Positions 34,062-43,228 of a stretch of DNA of 45,481 nt are shown piece after piece. The number at the start of each line of letters is the position of its first letter. Position 1 is the first letter of the stretch. Position numbers and translations under genes: made by a program. The stretch is from contig CAZKAW010000001.1 of NCBI GenBank assembly GCA_964551255.1, positions 31,062-76,542 on the forward strand, written 5' to 3'. A model generated the notes under the pieces. The model saw only the letters and a program-made list of their open reading frames with translations. It did not search any database and was not told the origin of the DNA. Source of the DNA: an uncultured Gammaproteobacteria bacterium. GTDB taxonomy: Bacteria; Patescibacteriota; Microgenomatia; Daviesbacterales; UBA10151.

Positions 34062-35585
34062 CTATTTTTCTCTTTTCAATTCCACTTCGATTGGACCAAC
34101 CATTTGTTTACTAATAAATTCCAAGTTGACAAACCCACCTTCCCAGCCCGAACGGGTTTCATTACGATCCGGTTCTTTTATCAGAAAAACTAAGTTAGAA
34201 TTTTCTCTTTTTTTAGAAGACTCCGGCGTCTGGGAAAAATACTGTTTATTTGAAATAATCTGCGGCTTATTGGGAGCATAAGCATAATCCAAAGGTAAAT
34301 AGCCAAAGTTTCTCAGTCCGTACCACCAAATTAAATATTGATAAGGATAATCATAAACAGAAGGAAGATAAGCATAAACTTTAAAATTTTGTCCTTTGGC
34401 ATATTTGTAAACATAATCTATAGCCGCAATTTCATTTTTATAAGCAGACGGGTTCATATTTGGGGTATTCCTGTCATAAAGAAAGAACTTAAAAATATTA
34501 AAAAGGGAAAAGCTAAAAATAGAAACTGCCAAAATAAGTGAAATTACTTTCCCAGCCCAATTAAAATCCCAAAGTTTTTTTAAAGTAAATCCCGCCAGGA
34601 TAACAGAAGCTGCCATAGGCCCGCCCAAATGCCAAGGGTTAACCGTAACCGGCAAAATCAAAAAACCCAAAAAGGGAACAAAAATGTAACAAAGAGAAAC
34701 TACAACCGCCGCGTCTTTTTTAATATCTTTAAAAAATTTTAAAAAAACAGGTATGGAAAAGGCTGAAATTAAAACAGCCAGTAATTTCCTGTTTAGGATA
34801 GTTGGTACAAAAGTATCAAAAAAACTTGATGTGACAACTTGAAGACGGTAACTAACATCAAAGGGTTTAACTTCCCTTTGCAGGTGAGCCATCAGCGACT
34901 TTGAGATTAAAAACCCGTGTCTCAGCTCAAAAATAACTTGAGGTAAAAGATAAAGAAGGTAAAATAATAACCCTATCCAAAAGCTTGCTTTTTTAAGAGG
35001 CAGTTCCTTTTTAAAAATTACAAAACTAAAAAAAATAATCAGCGGGATAAAAACCGCAAAATTCATTTCCAAATTTAAAAAAATTCCTCCAAGTAAAAAA
35101 GTAAGTATGGCAAAAACTGTTTTATTTGTTTTTAGATATTGACTGAGAAAATATATAAAAAGAGGGGTTAAAAGGGTAATAGGGTTGGGACTAAAAATAT
35201 ATACCGTAGACAAACCAATATAGTTTGAGGCTATCCAAAGAAAACCTATTGGAAAGGTTAGCCACTTGCTCCAACCGGAAACAATTTTTAATAAAAAATA
35301 TCCGCCAACTGCCCAAAAAATAATTTGTAAAACAAGCGGGGCAAAGGGGTCTCCACCGCTGACAATAAATGGGATTGCCAAAATATAATACCAGGCTGGT
35401 CCATTAAACACTCCCTCTATAGCAGTGCCCGCTCCAATCAAACGCGGCTTTTTTAAAACCACCATTTCTCTTACATCCACCCAATCTCTGGCGCTGTCTA
35501 TATGAAAAAGAAAATTACCGTTGGAAACCATAATTAGTTTATAGACAATTCCCAAAAGAAGAATAAACAATATGGATTTGTTCAT
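34062..35585 (-). CDS. Polytopic membrane protein, putative GT-C-like glycosyltransferase (family A, member 1)
   Basis: 507 aa. HIDSARDWVDVREMV..LIGAGTAIEGVFNGPAWYY and FELRHGF motifs, plus a C-terminal soluble domain. Confidence 0.5.
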   Translation of the reverse strand: MNKSILFILLLGIVYKLIMVSNGNFLFHIDSARDWVDVREMVVLKKPRLIGAGTAIEGVFNGPAWYYILAIPFIVSGGDPFAPLVLQIIFWAVGGYFLLKIVSGWSKWLTFPIGFLWIASNYIGLSTVYIFSPNPITLLTPLFIYFLSQYLKTNKTVFAILTFLLGGIFLNLEMNFAVFIPLIIFFSFVIFKKELPLKKASFWIGLLFYLLYLLPQVIFELRHGFLISKSLMAHLQREVKPFDVSYRLQVVTSSFFDTFVPTILNRKLLAVLISAFSIPVFLKFFKDIKKDAAVVVSLCYIFVPFLGFLILPVTVNPWHLGGPMAASVILAGFTLKKLWDFNWAGKVISLILAVSIFSFSLFNIFKFFLYDRNTPNMNPSAYKNEIAAIDYVYKYAKGQNFKVYAYLPSVYDYPYQYLIWWYGLRNFGYLPLDYAYAPNKPQIISNKQYFSQTPESSKKRENSNLVFLIKEPDRNETRSGWEGGFVNLEFISKQMVGPIEVELKREK

Positions 35586-36316
35586 CTGCCGCCTTTCTTC
35601 CAGGAGACAGCAGAAAGAAAAGGATAAAACATATCTTCTTGCTCATCGATATCTAGAATATGACTCTCATTATGGCTAGTAAATTTTAAATCAGGTATAC
35701 CGGAAATTATGGCAATCGGTTTACCCTCAGCTCCTTCTCCCATTTCCAACACCGCAGCAGTTGCCAGACTGTCAGGTAAATTAGAAGTCTCCATTTTAAA
35801 TTCTCTCCCGAATAAATCAGGTGTTCCTCTATAATCTTTTAGAGGTTTAAAGCCGAAATACCCGATTGCTATCCCCACCACCCCTCTTCTTAAAGGAATT
35901 AACCTTGAATCGGTAATAACTATCCCCAAATTTTTAATATTAAATTTTTCTCTTAAAAATTTCCAGATATTTCCGGCTGATTTTTGCGGGTCTTTTGGCC
36001 AAAGTATGTAATACCCTGCCCCGTTACTTTCGTCAATCCCGGAGGATGCCACCAGAATATTATTTTTGATGGTGTGCATTATCAGCCCGTCAGGCGCGGT
36101 TTCTCTTGGTAAATATTTGTCCGCTTCTTTTATAGCCAATTTATCTTTATCGGGAAATTTCGAAATAGCAAGACACCGGCCTTCCCCAATTGATACCACT
36201 TTTGAAGTAATTGCCAATACCGAATTTTCTTTTAAATCTTTAATTTCCGAGAGTAACTGCCAAAGGTCATCTTTCGGCGGTAAAAATTTCCTGGTTTTGA
36301 TTGCTTTGACTATCAT
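35582..36316 (-). CDS. CofE-like (F420-0:gamma-glutamyl ligase family) protein
   Basis: 244 aa. ITSKVVSIGEGR, SSGIDESN, VITDSRLIPLRRGVVGIAIGYFG, AAVLEMGEGAEGKPIAII parallel the CofE motifs as I recall them. Confidence 0.6.
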   Translation of the reverse strand: MIVKAIKTRKFLPPKDDLWQLLSEIKDLKENSVLAITSKVVSIGEGRCLAISKFPDKDKLAIKEADKYLPRETAPDGLIMHTIKNNILVASSGIDESNGAGYYILWPKDPQKSAGNIWKFLREKFNIKNLGIVITDSRLIPLRRGVVGIAIGYFGFKPLKDYRGTPDLFGREFKMETSNLPDSLATAAVLEMGEGAEGKPIAIISGIPDLKFTSHNESHILDIDEQEDMFYPFLSAVSWKKGGR

Positions 36317-36335
36317 CTCAGTTGATAGTTTAGCA

Positions 36336-36341
36336 TATAAT
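36336..36341 (+). promoter_or_regulatory. Consensus TATAAT -10 box 7 nt upstream of the ATG at 36349; candidate leaderless start
   Basis: TATAAT at 36336-36341, then taaacag, then ATG. No Shine-Dalgarno and no convincing -35. Confidence 0.3.
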
Positions 36342-36348
36342 TAAACAG

Positions 36349-37836
36349 ATGATTCCCTATTTTCAAAAAAGGCCCCACCTCATAATTTTGGGACTGATTC
36401 TTTTAACAGGTCTATTTTTTCGCTCTTTCCAGGTAATAGAAAGGTTTGAATTTGCCCATGACGGTGATTTATATTCCTGGATAGTCAAAGATATTTTAGT
36501 AAACGGCCACTTCCGTTTAATCGGTCAACTTACTTCCGCTCCGGGAATTTTTATTGGACCTCTATTTTATTATTTACTTGTTCCTTTTTTTCTTATTACA
36601 GGCATGGAACCGGTGGGAGTAGTTATTTTAGCAATACTTACCGGCCTTCTGGCTATCTTCAGTTATTATTTTGTTTTATCAAAACTTTTTAGAAAAGAGG
36701 TTGGCCTGATAGCGGCATTTTTATACGCGGTGCTTCTTGCAACCGCGGCTTCCGACCGCTGGGTGGTACCGACCATCACTACCTCCCTTTGGGCTATTTG
36801 GTATTTTTACAGTATTTTAATGATAAGCAGAGGAAGTTTTTCCGTTCTTCCAATTTTGGGGGTTTTAATTGGACTTATTTGGCATGTTCACATCGCTATA
36901 ATTCCTGCCTTAACCGCCATACCGGTAGCCCTTATGCTATCCAGCAAAGTTCCCTCTTTTAAACAGACTGTAAAATTTATTCTTGCCCTCTTTATAGTCT
37001 CCTTACCTTTAATTATTTTTGAGTTAAGACATAATTTTTTACAAACATCAGCATTTTTGAATAATTTTTTTGTTTACCGGGAAGGCCCAACGGGTTTGTA
37101 TAAACTTCAGTTAGTAACGGAAATGATAACAAAAAATATTAATGCTTTATTTTTTACTCCTCAGTCATTTAATTTTACGAACAATTTTTTCTTTGTGTTA
37201 ATAATACTTTTGTCCGCATTAGCAGCAGCAAAAGCAGACCTTATTTCTTTTAAACAGGTTTTCACTTTATATGCCTGGATTTTTGGGGTAATATTATTTT
37301 TTTTCCTTTCATCTTCGCCTATTTCCGAATATTATTTTATTAATATTCACGTAATATTTATTGCCATCATCAGCTTACTTCTCTATCTGCTGTTTAGATC
37401 CAGCCTGTTGGGAAAAGTAGCAGTCTTTTTGTTATTAAGTTTACTTCTTATAAAAAATGTTAACTTTCTTATCACTCAGGATTTTTACCACAAAGGTTAT
37501 TTGGAAAAAAAGAAGGTGGTAGAGTTTATTAGTGAGGATGCCCAAAGAAAAGGTTATCCCTGTATTGGCATAAGTTATATAACTTCACCGGGAGAAAATG
37601 TGGGATTTCGCTATCTTCTTTATTTAAAAAAACTACACTTGGTTCATCCTTCTTTAAACGTTCCTGTTTATAATATTGTCATCCCTGACGAGTTAGCATT
37701 GGAAGAAGTCAAACAAAAATTTGGCCATATTGGCATTATCCCTCCTGTTAATATTCCTGCCAAGGAAGTTATTCAAACAAGTTGTAAAATCCCTAACACC
37801 AATATAACTGATTCCATGTTTGGGTATGTGGAATAA
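36349..37836 (+). CDS. Polytopic membrane protein, putative GT-C-like glycosyltransferase (family B, member 1)
   Basis: 495 aa. FAHDGDLYSWIVKDI..LIGQLTSAPGIFIGPLFYY, FELRHNF, and a C-terminal GYPCIGISY..GFRYLLY domain. Confidence 0.5.
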   Translation: MIPYFQKRPHLIILGLILLTGLFFRSFQVIERFEFAHDGDLYSWIVKDILVNGHFRLIGQLTSAPGIFIGPLFYYLLVPFFLITGMEPVGVVILAILTGLLAIFSYYFVLSKLFRKEVGLIAAFLYAVLLATAASDRWVVPTITTSLWAIWYFYSILMISRGSFSVLPILGVLIGLIWHVHIAIIPALTAIPVALMLSSKVPSFKQTVKFILALFIVSLPLIIFELRHNFLQTSAFLNNFFVYREGPTGLYKLQLVTEMITKNINALFFTPQSFNFTNNFFFVLIILLSALAAAKADLISFKQVFTLYAWIFGVILFFFLSSSPISEYYFINIHVIFIAIISLLLYLLFRSSLLGKVAVFLLLSLLLIKNVNFLITQDFYHKGYLEKKKVVEFISEDAQRKGYPCIGISYITSPGENVGFRYLLYLKKLHLVHPSLNVPVYNIVIPDELALEEVKQKFGHIGIIPPVNIPAKEVIQTSCKIPNTNITDSMFGYVE

Positions 37837-37837
37837 C

Positions 37838-38686
37838 TTAAGATTTTAAATCTCTTATGGTTTTAGGTAAAAGGGGCAGCAGATCAGAGGCTAACGCTCC
37901 TGAATCACCAATTTTTTTCCTTAGTAATTTACCTGCCAGTCCGTGGATATAAACTCCGATACATGAAGCCTCAAAAGGTTTTAGGCCCTGAGCCAAAAGT
38001 CCGGCTACTACCCCTGCTAAAACATCACCGGTGCCTGCTGTTGCCAAAAGAGGGTTGGCAAAAGGACTAATTTTAACTTCACCAGAAGGTGCCGCAATCA
38101 CAGTTTTGGCTCCTTTTAAAATCACTATCTTACTCCACTTTTTGGCAAAATGCGTTGCTACCTTGTTCCTACTTCCCTGGATTTCATCAACTGATAATCC
38201 AGTTAATCTGGACATTTCTCCCGGATGGGGGGTTAACACTAATTCTCCACTTAGTTTAATCCACCAGTTATCTATTTGGGCAAGTAAGCTAAGTCCATCA
38301 CCATCAATTACAGTTTTGTATCGATTATTCGAATAATTGGTACAAAAAGCTTTCATTACTTCTCTTGCTCTATCATCCTTTCCCAAACCTGGACCAATTA
38401 GAACTACATCATACTCTAAAAGTTTATTTTCAACTTCTCGTAAAAGAAAGGTTACTTCTGGAAGCTTTCGGGAAACTATTATTTTTATATCTTTTGTTGT
38501 TGCTAAAGTTACCAATCCTGCTCCAACTCTATATGCAGCGGCACAAGATAAATATGCTGCACCCGGATAATTTTTAGAGCCAGCAATTACAAGTACTTTA
38601 CCGAAAGTTCCTTTATTTGCATACTTCGGTCTTTTTGGCAATTTGGAACTTACCCAATTTTCAGTTATTTTTTCAAACTTTTTCAT
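37838..38686 (-). CDS. nnrD: ADP-dependent NAD(P)H-hydrate dehydratase (YjeF C-terminal domain)
   Basis: 282 aa. GTFGKVLVIAGS..PGAAYL, TPHPGEMSRL, ATAGTGDVLAGVVAGLLAQG are the carbohydrate-kinase (YjeF_C) signatures. Confidence 0.85.
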   Translation of the reverse strand: MKKFEKITENWVSSKLPKRPKYANKGTFGKVLVIAGSKNYPGAAYLSCAAAYRVGAGLVTLATTKDIKIIVSRKLPEVTFLLREVENKLLEYDVVLIGPGLGKDDRAREVMKAFCTNYSNNRYKTVIDGDGLSLLAQIDNWWIKLSGELVLTPHPGEMSRLTGLSVDEIQGSRNKVATHFAKKWSKIVILKGAKTVIAAPSGEVKISPFANPLLATAGTGDVLAGVVAGLLAQGLKPFEASCIGVYIHGLAGKLLRKKIGDSGALASDLLPLLPKTIRDLKS

Positions 38687-40197
38687 CTGAAAAATGTTGA
38701 GTTTAACAAATAAGGATTTACGGGAGACTTTATTTGCTCCTCAGTTAAATAATATTTTTGAATTTCTGCTAAATCTATTCTCATCTTTTTTGCCGGGTCC
38801 GTGGTAATTTTAAGATCGGTAATCCTCCAACCCATACTGACAGGATCTTCAAAATCGGCCTGGGAATCGTATATTACTAAATAAGTTATTTTTTGTTTGC
38901 TAAAAGGGTGCGCTTGTCTTTGGGGAAATTGCTTTTGTGTAAAATCCAAAGCATACCAAGGTTGATATGCCCATCTTTCCGGAGTAAAGATAAAATACCC
39001 AAAATCACTTTCCGCATCCTTAAATATAGTTTCGGCAACCAGTTTGTTAAATGACCAGCTGTTTTTAGATCTGTAGGCTGCATCAAAACTGAAATTTTTG
39101 ATATAACTTATTCCAATATACATATTCCAAAAAAGTAGAGGCAAAAAGATAATATAAAATAATTTTTTTGGAAAAAAATTTATGAAAGCTGTAAATAACA
39201 TAATCATTAACGGTAAAAGAGGCCAATAATAACTGCTCCAAAGGGGTTTTAAGGTAAGATGAATAAACCAATAACCCAGATAAAAATACAAAAACAAAAA
39301 ATAAATTTTCCTTGCCGGTGATTTTATTTTGAAAATCAGGATGAAAAACAAAACAGAATATACCCAGCTCAGAAATCTGTTATCTTGTGTCAGCAAGAAA
39401 AATGTATCGGATAAGATACCCTTTATTTTTTCCACCAAAAATATAAACAAACTAAACTGATGTTTACCCAGTTGTGACTGGACATAATTTAAAATAGAAC
39501 GAACTTGCAAAAAGTTGTGCCGAAGATCAAAAAGTATAAAGGTTGACAGCGGCAAAAGAATAATTGGTAAAACTAACAGGTGTTTTAACAATCCTTTTTT
39601 AAAAAGAAAAAAAGTTAAAAATAAAATGGTCAGTGCCAAAACGGGAATGCCGAATGCGATTTCAAACTGAACGGTGAAACCTAGGGTAAGTAAGGCCAGT
39701 GCTAAATATTTTGCTTTTTTATTGTTTAAATACTTCAGAAATAAATAAAAAAATACCGGGGATAGTAGTACGGCACCATAAGGCGGAAAAAACATCTTTA
39801 GACCATACACAGGATTAATAATGGAGTTTGCACTGTAAAGAAGGGTTGCCAAAGCAGCTGTAAAAGTATTAAATAATTTTTGAGTAACAAAGAAAAATAC
39901 TACCAGTGTTAAAATTGAAAGTCCCCACCAAAACCAGCCAATGAGGATAGGGTTGCCGGAAGAAACAAAAAATGCCGGCACGTTAAGATAATACCAGAGC
40001 GGTCCGTGAAAAACCCCACCCACGGATGTATGTGAACCTATTAAGGTAACCGGCTTGGCAGTAACAATCTCTTTTATCAGAAAAAAATCCCGGGAGATAT
40101 CAACATCAAAGCGGATATCGCCAAAGGCTAACCACCAAGCGCTTAAGATAACATTTAAAGCAATAAGAAAATAAATTAAATAGTACCGATTTCTCAT
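38683..40197 (-). CDS. Polytopic membrane protein, putative GT-C-like glycosyltransferase (family A, member 2)
   Basis: 504 aa. DVDISRDFFLIKEIV..LIGSHTSVGGVFHGPLWYY, FDLRHNF. The C-terminal domain is clearly paralogous to that of 41687-43228. Confidence 0.5.
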   Translation of the reverse strand: MRNRYYLIYFLIALNVILSAWWLAFGDIRFDVDISRDFFLIKEIVTAKPVTLIGSHTSVGGVFHGPLWYYLNVPAFFVSSGNPILIGWFWWGLSILTLVVFFFVTQKLFNTFTAALATLLYSANSIINPVYGLKMFFPPYGAVLLSPVFFYLFLKYLNNKKAKYLALALLTLGFTVQFEIAFGIPVLALTILFLTFFLFKKGLLKHLLVLPIILLPLSTFILFDLRHNFLQVRSILNYVQSQLGKHQFSLFIFLVEKIKGILSDTFFLLTQDNRFLSWVYSVLFFILIFKIKSPARKIYFLFLYFYLGYWFIHLTLKPLWSSYYWPLLPLMIMLFTAFINFFPKKLFYIIFLPLLFWNMYIGISYIKNFSFDAAYRSKNSWSFNKLVAETIFKDAESDFGYFIFTPERWAYQPWYALDFTQKQFPQRQAHPFSKQKITYLVIYDSQADFEDPVSMGWRITDLKITTDPAKKMRIDLAEIQKYYLTEEQIKSPVNPYLLNSTFFR

Positions 40198-41676
40198 TTA
40201 ATTATTAAACCCCCACAGAGGCAAGAGCTGGCGCTCTTTTTTAAAACAAATATCTTTATCAAATTTATCAACACCTGGAACAATCACTCCGAGAACACCA
40301 AATCTTACATCCACTTCGTCTTTGGAAATTGTCCAGGGGTTTACAATATTATAAACAGGTATGTCATCTCCGGCCGTAATTACCGATAATTTATCGTACC
40401 AGAAGAGATACCTAAAACCATTTCCCCCGCCTGGTTGACTTTCAATAAAATTAACTGCCACACAAGGATAATTCTTATTTTCAGAGTGTTTCTTTATATA
40501 TTCAATAACTTTTTCTTTATATAAAAAACCTCCCAAATCATCGGGCTTTTGTATAAGCCAAACTGTTACTACAATCAAATATACTGCTAACAAACTATTA
40601 ACAAATGGAAATTTTTTAAAGAAACCGTCAATCCTAACCAAAATAAGAGCCAGCATCAAAAATAAAATGATAAAAAGGTTGTTGAAATAATATTCCGTGA
40701 TAATTCTTTTGGAAAAAAACTGACCAATAATTACCAAAAAATACCAGGCAAGCAAGATTACTGTTTGTCTGCCGGTCAAAGCTTTGAAATACCAAAGATA
40801 AAAAATTGCTACCAACAGTAAAAAGGGCAATAGAGAAACTAAAGATGAGTTCAGTAAAACTGCAGGTCCGCTTAAAACAAATGCCCCTGCCAAAGATCTC
40901 CCCCCGGAATCAAAAACCTTAATCAATCTGCCGGTTCCCCTTAAATTATCGTGATCATTGTAAACAGCATTGATTAAACTATTAATTTGACCAAAGCCGT
41001 GTCTTATTTCAAAGAGAAAAAAAGGGGCCAAAAAGATACCCACTATCAAAAACGATATAACTGTAGTTTTTAACCTAAATTTAGGCTTATTTTTATCAGA
41101 CAACAAATAAGCAAAAGGTAATAAAATAAGAAGCGGAATAAAGGCAATATGTATATGCCAAATTAAACCAACCAAGATACTTAAAAGTATGAGGGGAAGA
41201 CTGCCTTTTATCGTAGACAGTAAAACATATAAGTACCAGACGGCCCAAAGAATAGTTGGTTGGGTAGGTACTACCCAGCGGTCTAAAAACACTGCGCCGG
41301 GAGAAACAGCATATAGAAATGACCCGATTAAACCTACTTTTTTCCCAAAAAATTTACTAAACACCCGGTAAATACTTATAATGGTAGCCATACTGACAAC
41401 AGTGGTAACAACTGCAGCACTAAGAGGATTCATCTTAAAAAGGGCAAAAGCAAAAGCGATTAAATAATAAAACAGGGGACCGATAAAAACTCCAATGATA
41501 CTTGTTTCCTGACCTATTAATCGAACGTGACCATCTATTATAATATCTTTGGCAATCCAGGCAAAAAGGTCTTGATCGTGACCAAAGGGAAAAAATATTT
41601 CCAGTTTATAGATTCTAAAAAATAGCCCTAAAAGCAAGATAAGCAGCAAGATTCTTTCTGAAGATAAATATTTCAT
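40198..41676 (-). CDS. Polytopic membrane protein, putative GT-C-like glycosyltransferase (family B, member 2)
   Basis: 492 aa. FGHDQDLFAWIAKDI..LIGQETSIIGVFIGPLFYY, FEIRHGF, C-terminal NYPCVAVNF..GFRYLFW. Paralog of 36349-37836. Confidence 0.5.
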   Translation of the reverse strand: MKYLSSERILLLILLLGLFFRIYKLEIFFPFGHDQDLFAWIAKDIIIDGHVRLIGQETSIIGVFIGPLFYYLIAFAFALFKMNPLSAAVVTTVVSMATIISIYRVFSKFFGKKVGLIGSFLYAVSPGAVFLDRWVVPTQPTILWAVWYLYVLLSTIKGSLPLILLSILVGLIWHIHIAFIPLLILLPFAYLLSDKNKPKFRLKTTVISFLIVGIFLAPFFLFEIRHGFGQINSLINAVYNDHDNLRGTGRLIKVFDSGGRSLAGAFVLSGPAVLLNSSLVSLLPFLLLVAIFYLWYFKALTGRQTVILLAWYFLVIIGQFFSKRIITEYYFNNLFIILFLMLALILVRIDGFFKKFPFVNSLLAVYLIVVTVWLIQKPDDLGGFLYKEKVIEYIKKHSENKNYPCVAVNFIESQPGGGNGFRYLFWYDKLSVITAGDDIPVYNIVNPWTISKDEVDVRFGVLGVIVPGVDKFDKDICFKKERQLLPLWGFNN

Positions 41677-41686
41677 CTTAATTAAT

Positions 41687-43228
41687 TTATCTTAAAAATA
41701 CCTTATCCAACAAGTATGGATTAGGTTCTATTTTAATTTCTTCGTCATTTAACAGATATTTTTCAATCTGAATAAAGTCAAAGCGAAAAGTTTGATTGGG
41801 CAACCGCTCTATTTTTACATCACTAATTCTCCAGCTGGTACCGTTAAGTTCCTGTCTATCCGGCGGCGGGTCTGCCTCAATTAAATAAGTAAGCGGTTTT
41901 TTAGTTGATGAAAAAGAATTTATGTTCGGAAAATATTTTTTTGTATAAATCATTGCATACCTTTGTTGATATGCAAACCTATCCGGAGAAAAATTAAAAT
42001 ACCCGAAATCACCTTTGGCATCCTCATAGATTTTTTTGGCAATAGAAAAGTTAAAAGCCCAACTGTGCGGACCTCTTTCACTGATATCTGTTTTAAAATC
42101 CGAAATTGACAAAATTCCGCTGTAAAGATTGGTTAAATATAAAGCTATAAAGGAAAAAATAAAAATTTCTTTTTTAATAAATTTTTTATATGAACAAAAT
42201 ATAATAATTGCCATGGGCAAAAACGGCCAGAAATAATTCCCTACTCCTCCTTGATAAAACAGGGAGAGACCCCAAAAACCGAAAAAAAGATAGGCAAACA
42301 ATATATAGATTGTTTTTAGAGCGTTTTTGCTTTTTTTAAAGGCCACAATTAATCCTGCAAAAAAGATTAATGAAAAAATTATGGTTATCAAATTTTTCCC
42401 GGGGGCAAAGAAATCAAAGAAATCAAAAAATAGAGCTTTAAAACGATCTGAAAATATACTTAAGAATTCTACTTTAAAGCTTTCTTTTCCATTTAAATAT
42501 TGGATTATTGCTTGAAGTTGTAACCCGTCATGTTTTATATCAAATAAAATAAAGGTTGACAAAGAAATCAATAAAATGACATATGAGAAAAAATGGAAAA
42601 GCTTTTTCTTTTTAAGCAAAAAGTAGATTAAAAAGAAAGTTATAGCAAAAAGTAGTGGTACCCCAAAAGCCATCTGGAATTGAATAATAAGACCCAGGAT
42701 AAATAAACTAATGGTTAAATCTGTAAATTTAAGGTTGGTAATATAGCGGTAAAAAAACCAAAAAAATATTGGAAATAAAAATACTGCTCCGTAAGGATTA
42801 TAAAAATTTTTCAAACCAATTGAAGGATTAATAATTGAATTGGCAGAAAGGAGCAAAACAGAAAGAAGGGCAATTTTATAATCAAATAATTTTTTTGCTG
42901 CCCAAAATATCAAACTTAAAAAAATTACAGACAATCCCCACCAGAACCAACCCAAAACTAAAGGATTTCCTCCACCCAAAAAGAAAGCCGGCAAATTTAT
43001 ATAAAACCACAAAGGACCATGAAAAAGACCGGGGATGGCCCCTGAACGGGGACCCAGTAAAGTAAAGTGATTATTCCTAATGATGTCATCCATTACCAGA
43101 AGGTCCCGGGAAACATCCACATCATAGTGAATATCACCATTTAGCAACCAATAAGCACTAAGGAGTATATTGAAAACAATTAGGGCGTGGATCAACAGGT
43201 CAAACTTAATCAATTTGGATAATGGCAT
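41687..43228 (-). CDS. Polytopic membrane protein, putative GT-C-like glycosyltransferase (family A, member 3)
   Basis: 513 aa. DVDVSRDLLVMDDII..LLGPRSGAIPGLFHGPLWFY, FDIKHDG. Its start overlaps the secA stop by 19 nt. Confidence 0.5.
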   Translation of the reverse strand: MPLSKLIKFDLLIHALIVFNILLSAYWLLNGDIHYDVDVSRDLLVMDDIIRNNHFTLLGPRSGAIPGLFHGPLWFYINLPAFFLGGGNPLVLGWFWWGLSVIFLSLIFWAAKKLFDYKIALLSVLLLSANSIINPSIGLKNFYNPYGAVFLFPIFFWFFYRYITNLKFTDLTISLFILGLIIQFQMAFGVPLLFAITFFLIYFLLKKKKLFHFFSYVILLISLSTFILFDIKHDGLQLQAIIQYLNGKESFKVEFLSIFSDRFKALFFDFFDFFAPGKNLITIIFSLIFFAGLIVAFKKSKNALKTIYILFAYLFFGFWGLSLFYQGGVGNYFWPFLPMAIIIFCSYKKFIKKEIFIFSFIALYLTNLYSGILSISDFKTDISERGPHSWAFNFSIAKKIYEDAKGDFGYFNFSPDRFAYQQRYAMIYTKKYFPNINSFSSTKKPLTYLIEADPPPDRQELNGTSWRISDVKIERLPNQTFRFDFIQIEKYLLNDEEIKIEPNPYLLDKVFLR

